Shown in pieces: positions 20,982 through 30,428 of a stretch of DNA of 45,791 nucleotides. Below the pieces are notes generated by a model that made no database searches, had not been told where the DNA came from, and worked only from the letters and a program-made list of their open reading frames with translations. Source of the stretch: Salisapilia sapeloensis CBS 127946 (taxonomy: Eukaryota > Protista > Oomycota). A program made the position numbers and the translations under genes. The stretch spans positions 1 through 45,791 of the forward strand of contig JAADVB010000155.1 of the NCBI GenBank assembly GCA_023334545.1, written 5' to 3'. How positions within the stretch are numbered: the first letter of the stretch is position 1; every line of letters begins with the position of its first letter.

Positions 20982-21185
20982 TCGTTTTCCCTTCTTCCTG
21001 CCATGCGTGTGTCCATACTCCTTTCTCACCTACAGAAGCAGCCTGCGGGAAACAGTACTAAGCGTAGTCGTAGAAAACATTGCGAAGCAACAATATATGA
21101 GCATTTCGCCAACGAAAACCTAGCTCGTTGTCCATATTTATTTATACGACCAGGAGTTTCAAAGTCAAAAGAGCCTTGCTGCTGG

Positions 21186-21199
21186 TCATTTCGAGATTC
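21186..21199 (+). promoter_or_regulatory. INR+FPR core promoter (TCATTTCGAGATTC)
   Basis: Exact match to TCATTYBNNNWTTY, 15 nt before ATG 21215. Confidence 0.55.
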
Positions 21200-21214
21200 A
21201 AGGCTTAAGAAGAC

Positions 21215-21616
21215 ATGCCCGTGTCTCCGCGTCTACCGGCCTTTGAGGCCAAGCCAGACATCAGTAACCAGTCGGACCACCAACCAGCGACGAGAGGAAG
21301 GAGCAATAGTTCGTCCATCGGATCTCTGCTCTTTGGCGGTGAAAACGCGTCCAGATCGAACTCGACGTCGTACATTGATGAGCGAAAGGCTCGACGACAT
21401 TTCCAGCAGAGCGGACAGCCAGAGTCGAACTCGGATGAAAGTGCGTCGAAAGCGCGTGGGAAGCTGCATCGACCGGAGAGAGAAAGCGAGACGACTAAGT
21501 CTTCCGAGTACTTCGCCAATGGACTTGCTGGGCAGGATGGAGAAGACCAACAGCGCACGTCGAAGCGTTTCTGCGGTGGAGCGCGCGGAAGAGCTTCGAG
21601 TATCAAGCTCGGCTAG
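21215..21616 (+). CDS. small hydrophilic disordered protein (133 aa), possibly HN1/Jupiter/SPIRAL1-like
   Basis: Has the motifs SSSIGSLLFG and C-terminal GRASSIKLG*. The upstream INR+FPR favours this frame over the three overlapping ORFs. Confidence 0.55.
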   Translation: MPVSPRLPAFEAKPDISNQSDHQPATRGRSNSSSIGSLLFGGENASRSNSTSYIDERKARRHFQQSGQPESNSDESASKARGKLHRPERESETTKSSEYFANGLAGQDGEDQQRTSKRFCGGARGRASSIKLG

Positions 21617-21848
21617 ATGAGGTCGGGATACGCTTATGAGCGCTTGCATGATTGCCGAGTCAGGTTACCACTGAGGTGGAAGGCACGAGTAGGAAGAATG
21701 AACTGCTTAAGTGCCTTGTAATCTACACGCACGAATATTCATTGATTATCCATTATCTCCGCCTTTCATGTCGCTGTATCAACTCCAGTCAAGTATATCC
21801 TTCTTATGTCTATTTTCGTCTTTGCTCCTTCACTTCATAACTTGTAGA

Positions 21849-23186
21849 ATGGGCGCCAATGGGTCTCGCAATAGCGTTACGCCGCAATTACCACTGTCCG
21901 TCGTGACCACAGAGTGTAGTGGGTCGTACAAAAGACCTTGGTCCATTTGGATGGGTACGAAAGAGCGGTTGCTTGGACAGCATCGAACAAACACTGCACT
22001 TGCTCCAGAACCCGGACCTCTAGCTTTCCCAAGAGCTCCAAGAAACACCGCAACCGCGCGAAACGATGATAGACATCCCCCTACTGGACCTACGGCACAG
22101 ATCATCCAGGAAAGCAAGCACTCGAAGGTCGACACGCAGTTACCGATTGAACAGCTTCCAATACAGTTCTTGAAAGCAGTGAAGAGAGGAGACACGGATA
22201 AAATAATGGAGTTGTTTCAAACAGCTACAGATCAAGGTTTCGACGACATCATTAATGTGCGTGGGATGTGGGAAAGCACTCCGTTGATATATGCGTGTCA
22301 ATACGGCCACGCAACGGTGGCGATGTGGCTCCTGCATCACGAAGCCGACCCGAACGCGTATAATGAAAAAGGAGTTACACCGCTCCTTCTTGCGAGTCTC
22401 GAAGGGTTGATCGAAGTCGTCGACTACCTTCTCCACCTCCACGTTTCGAATACGGCGGCAAGAGCTGAAGATCTAGATGTCCAAGTAGGTGTTGTCTACA
22501 ACTCGGTAGTGGATCTCAATGTCTATGTAAACCCAGTCGTAGTTGCGAGCATGAACGGCCATCTTAATGTGGTCAAGTCCTTGTTGATATCGGGTGCATG
22601 CCCTGATGGCTGCCCTAACACAAGCGAGTATGTGTCAGAACCTTGCTATGCTTTGTTGGCAGCAGCAAAATATGGACACCTTGATGTGCTCAAGACATTG
22701 CTGTTCTTCGGTGCTGATACGGAAGTGGTGGATTCGAATGGAAATCATGCTTTGCTAATGGCATGTGAAGCTGGACACGAACAATGTGCGCTACGGCTAC
22801 TAGCAGAACTGCATGGTCGATCGGTTGCAGGCCACGTATGGAAACGTAGCAACGCCCATGGTTTCACAGCACTTCATCATGCTGCTGCGCATGGACTCGT
22901 ATCTGTGTGCCAGGCTATCATACAATCGCTTCTCGCAGGCTCTGACAAAGAGTTTATTAACCGGCCGACTATAAGTCGTCAAGAAACTGCACTACTGATG
23001 GTGTGTCGAAAGAAACGGAGCACGGAAGCGATTGGAAGTCTGCTGCTGAAAGCAGGTGCAGATGCAGAGTTACCCGATCGGGGAGGTACGACTGCAAAGC
23101 AGGTGCTCGAGCGTAGTGAACAAACAGCATTGTTAGAGCTATGGCAATCGTGCAGTGGGAAAAAACGATGTGAAGGGACGGAGTGA
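21849..23186 (+). CDS. ankyrin-repeat protein with probable N-myristoylation start (MGANGS)
   Basis: Repeats include TPLIYACQYGH, TPLLLASLEGL, ALLAAAKYGH, ALLMACEAGH, TALHHAAAHGL and TALLMVCRK. The ORF portion upstream of ATG 21849 looks like non-coding, AT-rich sequence. Confidence 0.85.
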   Translation: MGANGSRNSVTPQLPLSVVTTECSGSYKRPWSIWMGTKERLLGQHRTNTALAPEPGPLAFPRAPRNTATARNDDRHPPTGPTAQIIQESKHSKVDTQLPIEQLPIQFLKAVKRGDTDKIMELFQTATDQGFDDIINVRGMWESTPLIYACQYGHATVAMWLLHHEADPNAYNEKGVTPLLLASLEGLIEVVDYLLHLHVSNTAARAEDLDVQVGVVYNSVVDLNVYVNPVVVASMNGHLNVVKSLLISGACPDGCPNTSEYVSEPCYALLAAAKYGHLDVLKTLLFFGADTEVVDSNGNHALLMACEAGHEQCALRLLAELHGRSVAGHVWKRSNAHGFTALHHAAAHGLVSVCQAIIQSLLAGSDKEFINRPTISRQETALLMVCRKKRSTEAIGSLLLKAGADAELPDRGGTTAKQVLERSEQTALLELWQSCSGKKRCEGTE

Positions 23187-23277
23187 TTTGCAATCGATGA
23201 GGCTGCTCTACTTGCAGCAGAAGAGTGATGATAGACTTATTTTGGCAACGGCGTATCTACCGTCTATTTCGAAATTA

Positions 23278-24126
23278 CTAGAATGGTCGAATGTTTTGAG
23301 TACCTCGCAGTGAGTTTTGCAACGCTCGTGGGTCCGCCCACGTCGACGTGAGGTAGTCCTCGTCATCGTTTTCCGCCGCCTTTTTCTGCTCTTCCTGCTT
23401 TTTAAAATAGAACGCCATCATAGCCTTCCGTTCATCTTCGCTCACGGCTGGTTCTCGACCTGGCATCCCTCCTCCTTTCTTCTGTAGCTTGCAAATTATC
23501 TTTGTCTTTTCATTCTTCCCCACGAGGTCTTTGACGAACTGATCGGGGAAGAATTGTTTCCCAGCCCACCAGAGCTCGGTGGAGTCCTCTGGCGCGACTT
23601 CCAGACTCGCAGAACTGTTTGCCAGTGCCTCTTCGACGCTTTTGCTCTCGATCAACTGTTTGACCGGATCATGGGGTGGTAGCCCTTGTGGAAACGCCAT
23701 GGTTATGGCTCCTTGGATATTCAAGAGCTTATCTCGTAGCTCATTCAAATCCATACACGTTTTGCTCTGCATCTGCTGCTTACTGTCTATGTAGCTCTTT
23801 GCATCGTCAGCGACGCGTTGGAGCACCTGCGTCAAGTGAGGTCCGACTCCTTCACCAGTTCGTTTCCCGAGCGGATCGGCATCGTAATATTCTCCACGTT
23901 GTTTCTGGTTGTTGTCTTCCTGGTACTCGTCAAGCCCTTCTTCACCAGGTTTTTTCGCGACACCGTGTTTTGCGAGATGCGGCAGTGCATCGACTAGTGC
24001 AGCAAGACGAAGTCGTTCATTATGGACTTGGCACAAGGTCCGAATGAGCTGCTCGTTAGGTGTATTCACACTCGTTTCAAATAGAAATTCATTCTTGTCT
24101 CCGCGTTTAACGTGCACGAATACCAT
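23278..24126 (-). CDS. CFAP298: cilia- and flagella-associated protein 298 (C21orf59/Kurly homolog)
   Basis: MVFVHVKRGDKNEFLFET...LWWAGK...VGKNEKTKIICKLQKKGGGMPGREPAVSEDERKAMMAFYFKKQEE...YLTSTWADPRAL matches the family along its length. Confidence 0.93.
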   Translation of the reverse strand: MVFVHVKRGDKNEFLFETSVNTPNEQLIRTLCQVHNERLRLAALVDALPHLAKHGVAKKPGEEGLDEYQEDNNQKQRGEYYDADPLGKRTGEGVGPHLTQVLQRVADDAKSYIDSKQQMQSKTCMDLNELRDKLLNIQGAITMAFPQGLPPHDPVKQLIESKSVEEALANSSASLEVAPEDSTELWWAGKQFFPDQFVKDLVGKNEKTKIICKLQKKGGGMPGREPAVSEDERKAMMAFYFKKQEEQKKAAENDDEDYLTSTWADPRALQNSLRGTQNIRPF

Positions 24127-26653
24127 CGTCTTTGGGAATATGAAGCGACACTAGGAAGCGTCGTTTCCAGATCTTAGATATGCACTACTTTGCCAAGAGA
24201 TAGGACGAACAGACATGCTCTTCGAAAGATTGACTGCCATTGGTGGCTATTCCTAGTGCTCTTTAAGCTACAACATAAGGCACTCGAGACTATACTGTGC
24301 TTATGACAGACCACTTGACGTTTCTACCAGTGACTCGAACCTAGTGGTGAACATTGTGGATCCGCCAAGCTGTAATCAGGTACATGTTCACTTTCGGCTT
24401 ATCATAGACCGACTGTTGGTCACATCTACTCTTTAATATGAAGGCGGACGCCATCGATATCATTCTCTACTACTTTTACACCGATGGAAATTGCACATAT
24501 TGAAAGCTAAGCAGTCAACATTCTCTATAGCTCCGTTGACGCTTGCTATTGCCTCCACCAAAAGCTCGATTTATCGAAAGAACTTTGTGTCATCCACTTC
24601 TATTGTTTGACCTTGCTACTTGTGCATCATGCTCATCATCTTGTATCTGCACAAGATGTATATCTAGCTTTCCGTACCATAGTCAATTGAACAAGTATTT
24701 ATCTATTCCACTAGTATCATGTAGACACTAGCTCGTCAAGATGTAATCCATGTTTCTCGTGCTAGTATCGATACCGTCAAAGCTCAGGCTCTAGAATTTA
24801 TGCCCATGAATATGCTATCGTGCATTCCAATATGACATGCCATCCGTGACAGCTTTGGAATAGTGATCCACTTGAATATACGCATTCAAGATCCTATCAG
24901 CTGATGGAACGAGTATTCGACAACAAACGGATGGTCTGCTCATCGAAAAGGTTTCACAGTGATATATTGTTAGTTTGGCGACAGCCTTGCTTAAGCCTAT
25001 CATTATGAACAAGCAGCAAATCGTTCCAAAGGGCGCAACGTCCGACGCGTATGCCTTCAGCGTCAACAGGAGCGAATTAAAAAGGCACTCTTTGAACTGA
25101 AAAGCCCAGAAAAACGCTTCTGCGTTGAGAGATACTCAGTATTGATGATAATGAGTAGATCATGGTTTGTCATAGTCGCGTGATTGGATTGGTAGAAGAG
25201 CCATGAAATATAAAATGAAGTAGTCTTACAACTTGCGAGATTACCTTGAGTTTGCAAACAGGATATACTGCTTAAATGCATAGATACGCCTACAGATTGT
25301 GCTCTGTCGCTACAGCTAATCTATCATTGAGATGTACATACACCGACAGACCTGGAGGTTGATGGCGTACGACCATCGGAGAAACAACTACTCCTTTCAG
25401 TAGCTGGAACTATATAAAGGTACCAACAGCATCATATTTGAGCGAGAAGAAATTTCATATACAATCACATGAGACATTGTCACGCTTCAGAAGGTAGAGT
25501 AGCATGAACTTGTACTAATCGACAAATCGCTCGTGAAGATAAGCGATCCACGGCAATGTAAAAGAAAGCGAAACCGAATGCCTATACAACCAGCAACATT
25601 GCATACCACTGTCTCTTGGATTGCTTAGGAGCGAGTGCAACTTATTTGGTGACTGCTTGCTTGTCCATTCTGCCATTGAACTTCGTTAAACACTTGTGTA
25701 GGTACGATAGCAAGAAGACTGATAGAGCAAACTATACCACGTACAAAGTCAGCCTCGAGTAGGGTGAGGTTCCATACAATATATACGGTGTTGAAACTTT
25801 GGTCGGACAAGGTACACGCCTTTGTATCTCCGGACGCCTCGCGCATTCTTTACAGACAAAAGTAAGACTACCATAGATCTTGCAGCGGCGGGCCAGAAGG
25901 GTTGTGAAATAATAGACAGAGTGTGCTGACGATAGCACTCTCCATGCTGGAAAAGGAGCAACTTTGGGCCATGAATGCAACACTATTGAGCCTTCCAAAC
26001 GCAAAACGGAGGCAATTTCGAATGCGCGTGCACTATTGCGTAAGAACTACACCTTTACAACATAGTGTACAAGTTCATTGCATCTTTGAAGTTGGAAAAG
26101 TAAAACACATGCATATAGTGCTTCAAGGGTGTCTGACACCTTCAAGGTATGGTTGCTATAGAGCGAGCATAAGTACATTTGATTCCTTTCGTTTCATGGT
26201 CATGTAGAGCTATGACCATGCCAAACACGGAGACATTGCGTCTAGAAGCGGGTCGTCCGTGCGGAGAAATTATTTAAGGCAGTCTAATAATGGGACTGCT
26301 TCAGCTAAATGGAGAAGCATACATGATGGCGTGTATTGATACCATGTGGCTGACAAGATGATGACCCGTCCAGTGTGATTAAAGGCGATGGGTCGATTTC
26401 TGCCACGCAGTATTCCACAGTTGACTATACAACGTGCCATGCATGGAGTGTGTTTTGAGCTTCGAAGAACAAGCATCCGTCAGTGATGGCCAACACTGAG
26501 TTCATGCGCCATGCGGCTGTGCCATCCACAGTCTGATCGCTATACTTTTTGCTTGCGGTATGCGACTATCCTGAACCTCTTGAACCCACTTCTTTTCCTT
26601 CTGAAGCTCATATCTGAGACATAGGCGGCTTATACGATCGACACGAATGAAAG

Positions 26654-27082
26654 TTATTTTCGGATCACTGCGTTTTCACCACTCTTAATAAACACCGCGA
26701 TAAGTTCATCCTTGATTTGTGTCTGCTTGCTACTACCACTGTTTGCTGTCTTTGGAATTATTTCGGTGATCGTTTGCTCTGTCCTACCAAAATCCCTGGA
26801 CCTTATCCGTGAGAAGCAAACGCTACACTCTATGTCTTCGAAACGAGCGCAGTGATCATCGTATCCAAAGTTACGTTCAGCAAGTAGGTCAATGACATCC
26901 ATCATCCACAAGATTTCGTGCTGTCTACTGTAGCTCGGCATCTCTCTCACCCAGTAAGGGACCTTTGTAATGCAGTAGTCATTGCGCCTTGCGTACAAAC
27001 TTGCGTATGTCCCACCCGTCCCGGCTAGACAAGATCCACTGATCACGATGCGTCTCTGCGCCCGACCATGCCCATAATCCAT
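26654..27082 (-). pseudogene. unassigned 142-codon ORF or gene relic in an AT-rich tract
   Basis: It is the longest ORF in the gene-poor region and has protein-like composition (VPYWVREMP...ILWMMDVIDLLAERNFG...CARFEDIECSVC). No family recognised. Confidence 0.25.
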
Positions 27083-27287
27083 GGACCTAAAGGAATATGT
27101 ACTGCTCTCTCGCTGCTATCCCTACGAAACTTGTGGAGACCAAGCGAGTAATCTAATGCAAGCCAAGGATATCTCGTGCACCGACCCCGCGAGTCACAAA
27201 GTAAAGCGACAAGGGTTGAAGTTCTAACGAGTGGGTTCAGCCACGCACTTGCTGATTTGATTCGATCGGTAGTCAGAAATTCGCAAC

Positions 27288-28901
27288 ATGTCGAGGAGTG
27301 GCTATTCGGACGCGCCTTTACCCAAGATCAAGGTGTCCACGGCGGACAAGCAGCACTGGAGCCGAATCATAACGCACGCACTCAACCATGCTATGTGGGA
27401 GCTCGAACGTAACGATGGGCATGTCGACAAACACGTATGGAAGTGTACTCGGAAGAAGGAGAGATTTGCAATCTACAAAAGCACGGCCAAGCAGCCGAGC
27501 GACCTAGATGCGGTTATTGAAGACCCTGCAATGTGGCACAACGCGTCCATGATGATCATCGGCTCCGTCGAAGGCTCGCTCGAAGATGTGCTCTTGGGGA
27601 TCGCTCATCCGGACGAAGCCTTTCCTTCCGTTCGACGACCACAGGATGAGGTATCGAGTGGACGTCGAGGCTCAGTCGTGAAAATACTACAGTCTCCGTC
27701 CAAGAAAGATCCGTTCAGCTACCGTTGTATCAAATGGGTCATTCTTCCCTCCGGCTCGAGGCTCCAGCAGCCACGCGACTTTGTCTACATCGAAGCAGTT
27801 GGGTGCGTCACGCGGTCCAATGGGCAACCTGTCGGATACTGCATACGGCATTCGATCCAGTTGTCAGCATTGAGAGAGCTTCACGATCAAAACGTGACAC
27901 GCGGATGGGGAGCGGCGACCACGCTTTTCACGCCGTCATCGAATGCGAACGAGGTGGATGTCCGCACCCTTGGTCACTTTAGTGCTGGCAGAGGGCACAA
28001 AATGGCGGACAAACTAAGCATGCGCTTCGCCTCGCAGCTGTTACTGCAGTTTGTCGATGCGGATTATAGCGCATTGCAGAAGAAGCTCGCGTGGCTGTGT
28101 GTGCAGCATCGAGCGTCAACGAGAGTGGAGGCGGCGAGTACTCGTTCTCTAAATAATTACGCAGCGCCCGTTGTTCCGACGGTCAAGATGACTTCATCCG
28201 CATATGGCTGTGGCGTATGCGGGAAGAAGTTTGGTACATTTTCAGCCGTGCTCTCTTGCTACGTGTGCATGCGGCTGACATGCTCCCGCTGCCACATTGA
28301 GATGGCACTGGAAGTGGCACGAACATCACGCGGTCATGGAAGTGAGGGCGGAAGCGATGACTCGTTTAGCATGCAGCGTATAGCGACCGTCTTTTGCAAG
28401 ACGTGTGTGGCTACGGCCAACCGAGCGGATGCGTTTCAGGTAGCGTCGTCGTCTGTACATTCGCACATGTCGGAGCAACAGGTGAAGGAAGAGCCTAAGA
28501 TAGAGCAGCCTCAAGCTCACCGGAGCAGAAGTGCGGCTGTCGTGTCGCGAGGCAAAGGCTCGGACGAGGGCACTAGTTTACCGATTCCGGAGGTGGACGC
28601 GAGTAAGACAAACATCTCCGATCGAATGATTGCACGACTGAGAGAACAGCAAAGTATGGTGTCGATCGACAGCTCGGACGATGAGGTAGAGAGATCGCCT
28701 CGAGTGAGGCAAGAGAGTAACTTAGCGAGAAGGCACCGTGATCAAGGAAAACCAATGCCGACGGTGGCGTATCAGCAGCAGTTGTGGGAGCAAATGGCCT
28801 CTCTCCGGTTTACTGCAGAGTCGACGTATCAGATCGCGAGGCAAAACTCTGCAATGATGTTTGGTAGTCAGTCGACTGAAAGGCCTGTGGAGCTTGATTG
28901 A
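27288..28901 (+). CDS. oomycete START-like + FYVE-like zinc-finger protein (537 aa)
   Basis: START-like region (WKCTRKKERFAIYK...IIGSVEGSLEDVLLG...PRDFVYIEAVG...GYCIRHSIQL), then CGVCGKKFG...CYVC...CSRC...FCKTC and a C-terminal LWEQMASLRFTAESTYQ helix typical of this expanded oomycete family. Confidence 0.85.
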   Translation: MSRSGYSDAPLPKIKVSTADKQHWSRIITHALNHAMWELERNDGHVDKHVWKCTRKKERFAIYKSTAKQPSDLDAVIEDPAMWHNASMMIIGSVEGSLEDVLLGIAHPDEAFPSVRRPQDEVSSGRRGSVVKILQSPSKKDPFSYRCIKWVILPSGSRLQQPRDFVYIEAVGCVTRSNGQPVGYCIRHSIQLSALRELHDQNVTRGWGAATTLFTPSSNANEVDVRTLGHFSAGRGHKMADKLSMRFASQLLLQFVDADYSALQKKLAWLCVQHRASTRVEAASTRSLNNYAAPVVPTVKMTSSAYGCGVCGKKFGTFSAVLSCYVCMRLTCSRCHIEMALEVARTSRGHGSEGGSDDSFSMQRIATVFCKTCVATANRADAFQVASSSVHSHMSEQQVKEEPKIEQPQAHRSRSAAVVSRGKGSDEGTSLPIPEVDASKTNISDRMIARLREQQSMVSIDSSDDEVERSPRVRQESNLARRHRDQGKPMPTVAYQQQLWEQMASLRFTAESTYQIARQNSAMMFGSQSTERPVELD

Positions 28902-30389
28902 CGGGGGCCCGGATGGCACATTGGAATCGTTTCTCCAAAGTCTTCCTTGTGCTATGAAGTTGGTACAGTCGTACCAGGTGCAAGGCGTAAGCGAATGTTC
29001 AAAGTGTATAGCGCACATGCATGAAGGGAGTGTATGTGGACTTTTCAATTTTTAATAACCCGCTTGTCAATCGACAAGTTTTTGTGAAAACCGTTTGGAC
29101 TTGTCTATCGTTTGCTATTTGGTTATTGTAGAGCTCACTTCTTTCCTTTGCTTACCTGCATGAGTTCGATCAGATGCGCAAGATCAAGATTTTCTCGCGG
29201 GCAGACAATTTCCATTTCAGTCTTTATGTCAGTTTCTAGTGGTAACATAGATGGATCGACAGTTCATTTCATCAAATGACTTTCTGTAGCAAAAATCATA
29301 TAGACGGATGTTCCCGTAGAATGCCATAGGAAGTACGGAGTGAGTCTGAGCGCTAGGTTAATGTGCAACAGCGGAGTAAGCAGGAAAATGACACCTGTCG
29401 AAATCGTGAGCAAATTCGTGGGTGGGACTTCATTTTAGCCACGCGATGGAGCACCTTGATCCCACCTACACACCGATCCATCATTTGCCTAACTTGGTTG
29501 TATCACAAGTACTTTTGAACCCCTGCTACATGTCCGTGAGCACGCGCAAAGCTCCGTGGCTTTCTTAGGAGGACAGGAATCGTAGACTTGATCTACATTC
29601 ATTAATTTTCGTAGCATTTATTCATCGTTTCCGATCGTCTATGCATTGTCGAGAGTGGAATCGAGCCATTTGATGATCTCGCTGCAATTACACTCCCTGG
29701 GTTACCGTAGTGATCTGGCGCTTTCGAGCTCTTTCGCTGTTTCTGATAGCTTGTATGTGCTATAGCCATCTATGGTATGCCGACTGACTGAGGATTCCTT
29801 CCTCTGCTACGCTGCGCAAATGTGCCTTTTATTAATCGCGGAGACCGTTTCATTAGTGCTAGCTAGAATATGATATAAGTCTAAACTAATGACTGTAGAC
29901 ACTTTGAAATTGGTATCCCAAGTCTTTTATGGATGAAAGCTTGAAAAGTGAGGTGGCAAAGGCAGCAGGATATGCATATTGCTCTTTTAGTCGCATCCAG
30001 CTCTCATGTCAGTGTACATCAGAGTACCCAAGAAAAGACCTACGTACTCACTACCACATTTCGTCCATTAAAACCAAACCCGAAATTTGTCTATTCGAGC
30101 ACACATATGCCGAAGGACACGTGGATGTGTCGTACAGGTTGATACTACGCGTGACGGATAAGAAATGATCTGTCATTCTCTTAGCTATGCCCTTTACCAC
30201 ATACGTGCATAAATGCACTAGTGACGTGTCATTGCTCAACTTTTATCATTGACAGCGTGGCACGTGAAGTGGACTCCGAGTAGCTGGAATACCTATCGTC
30301 ATGGGGGCAAATGGTACTCATGCCACGTCAGCCACTTTCTACCCACTTCCGTAGAATTTATTCCGAGCGATATCAAGGAGTCCTGACAA

Positions 30390-30403
30390 CCATTTACAAA
30401 TTT
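30390..30403 (+). promoter_or_regulatory. INR+FPR-like core promoter (CCATTTACAAATTT) of the large secreted-protein gene
   Basis: Near match to YCATTYBNNNWTTY, 25 nt before ATG 30429. Confidence 0.5.
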
Positions 30404-30428
30404 GACTCTGGAAACCCAGAAGGAAGGC

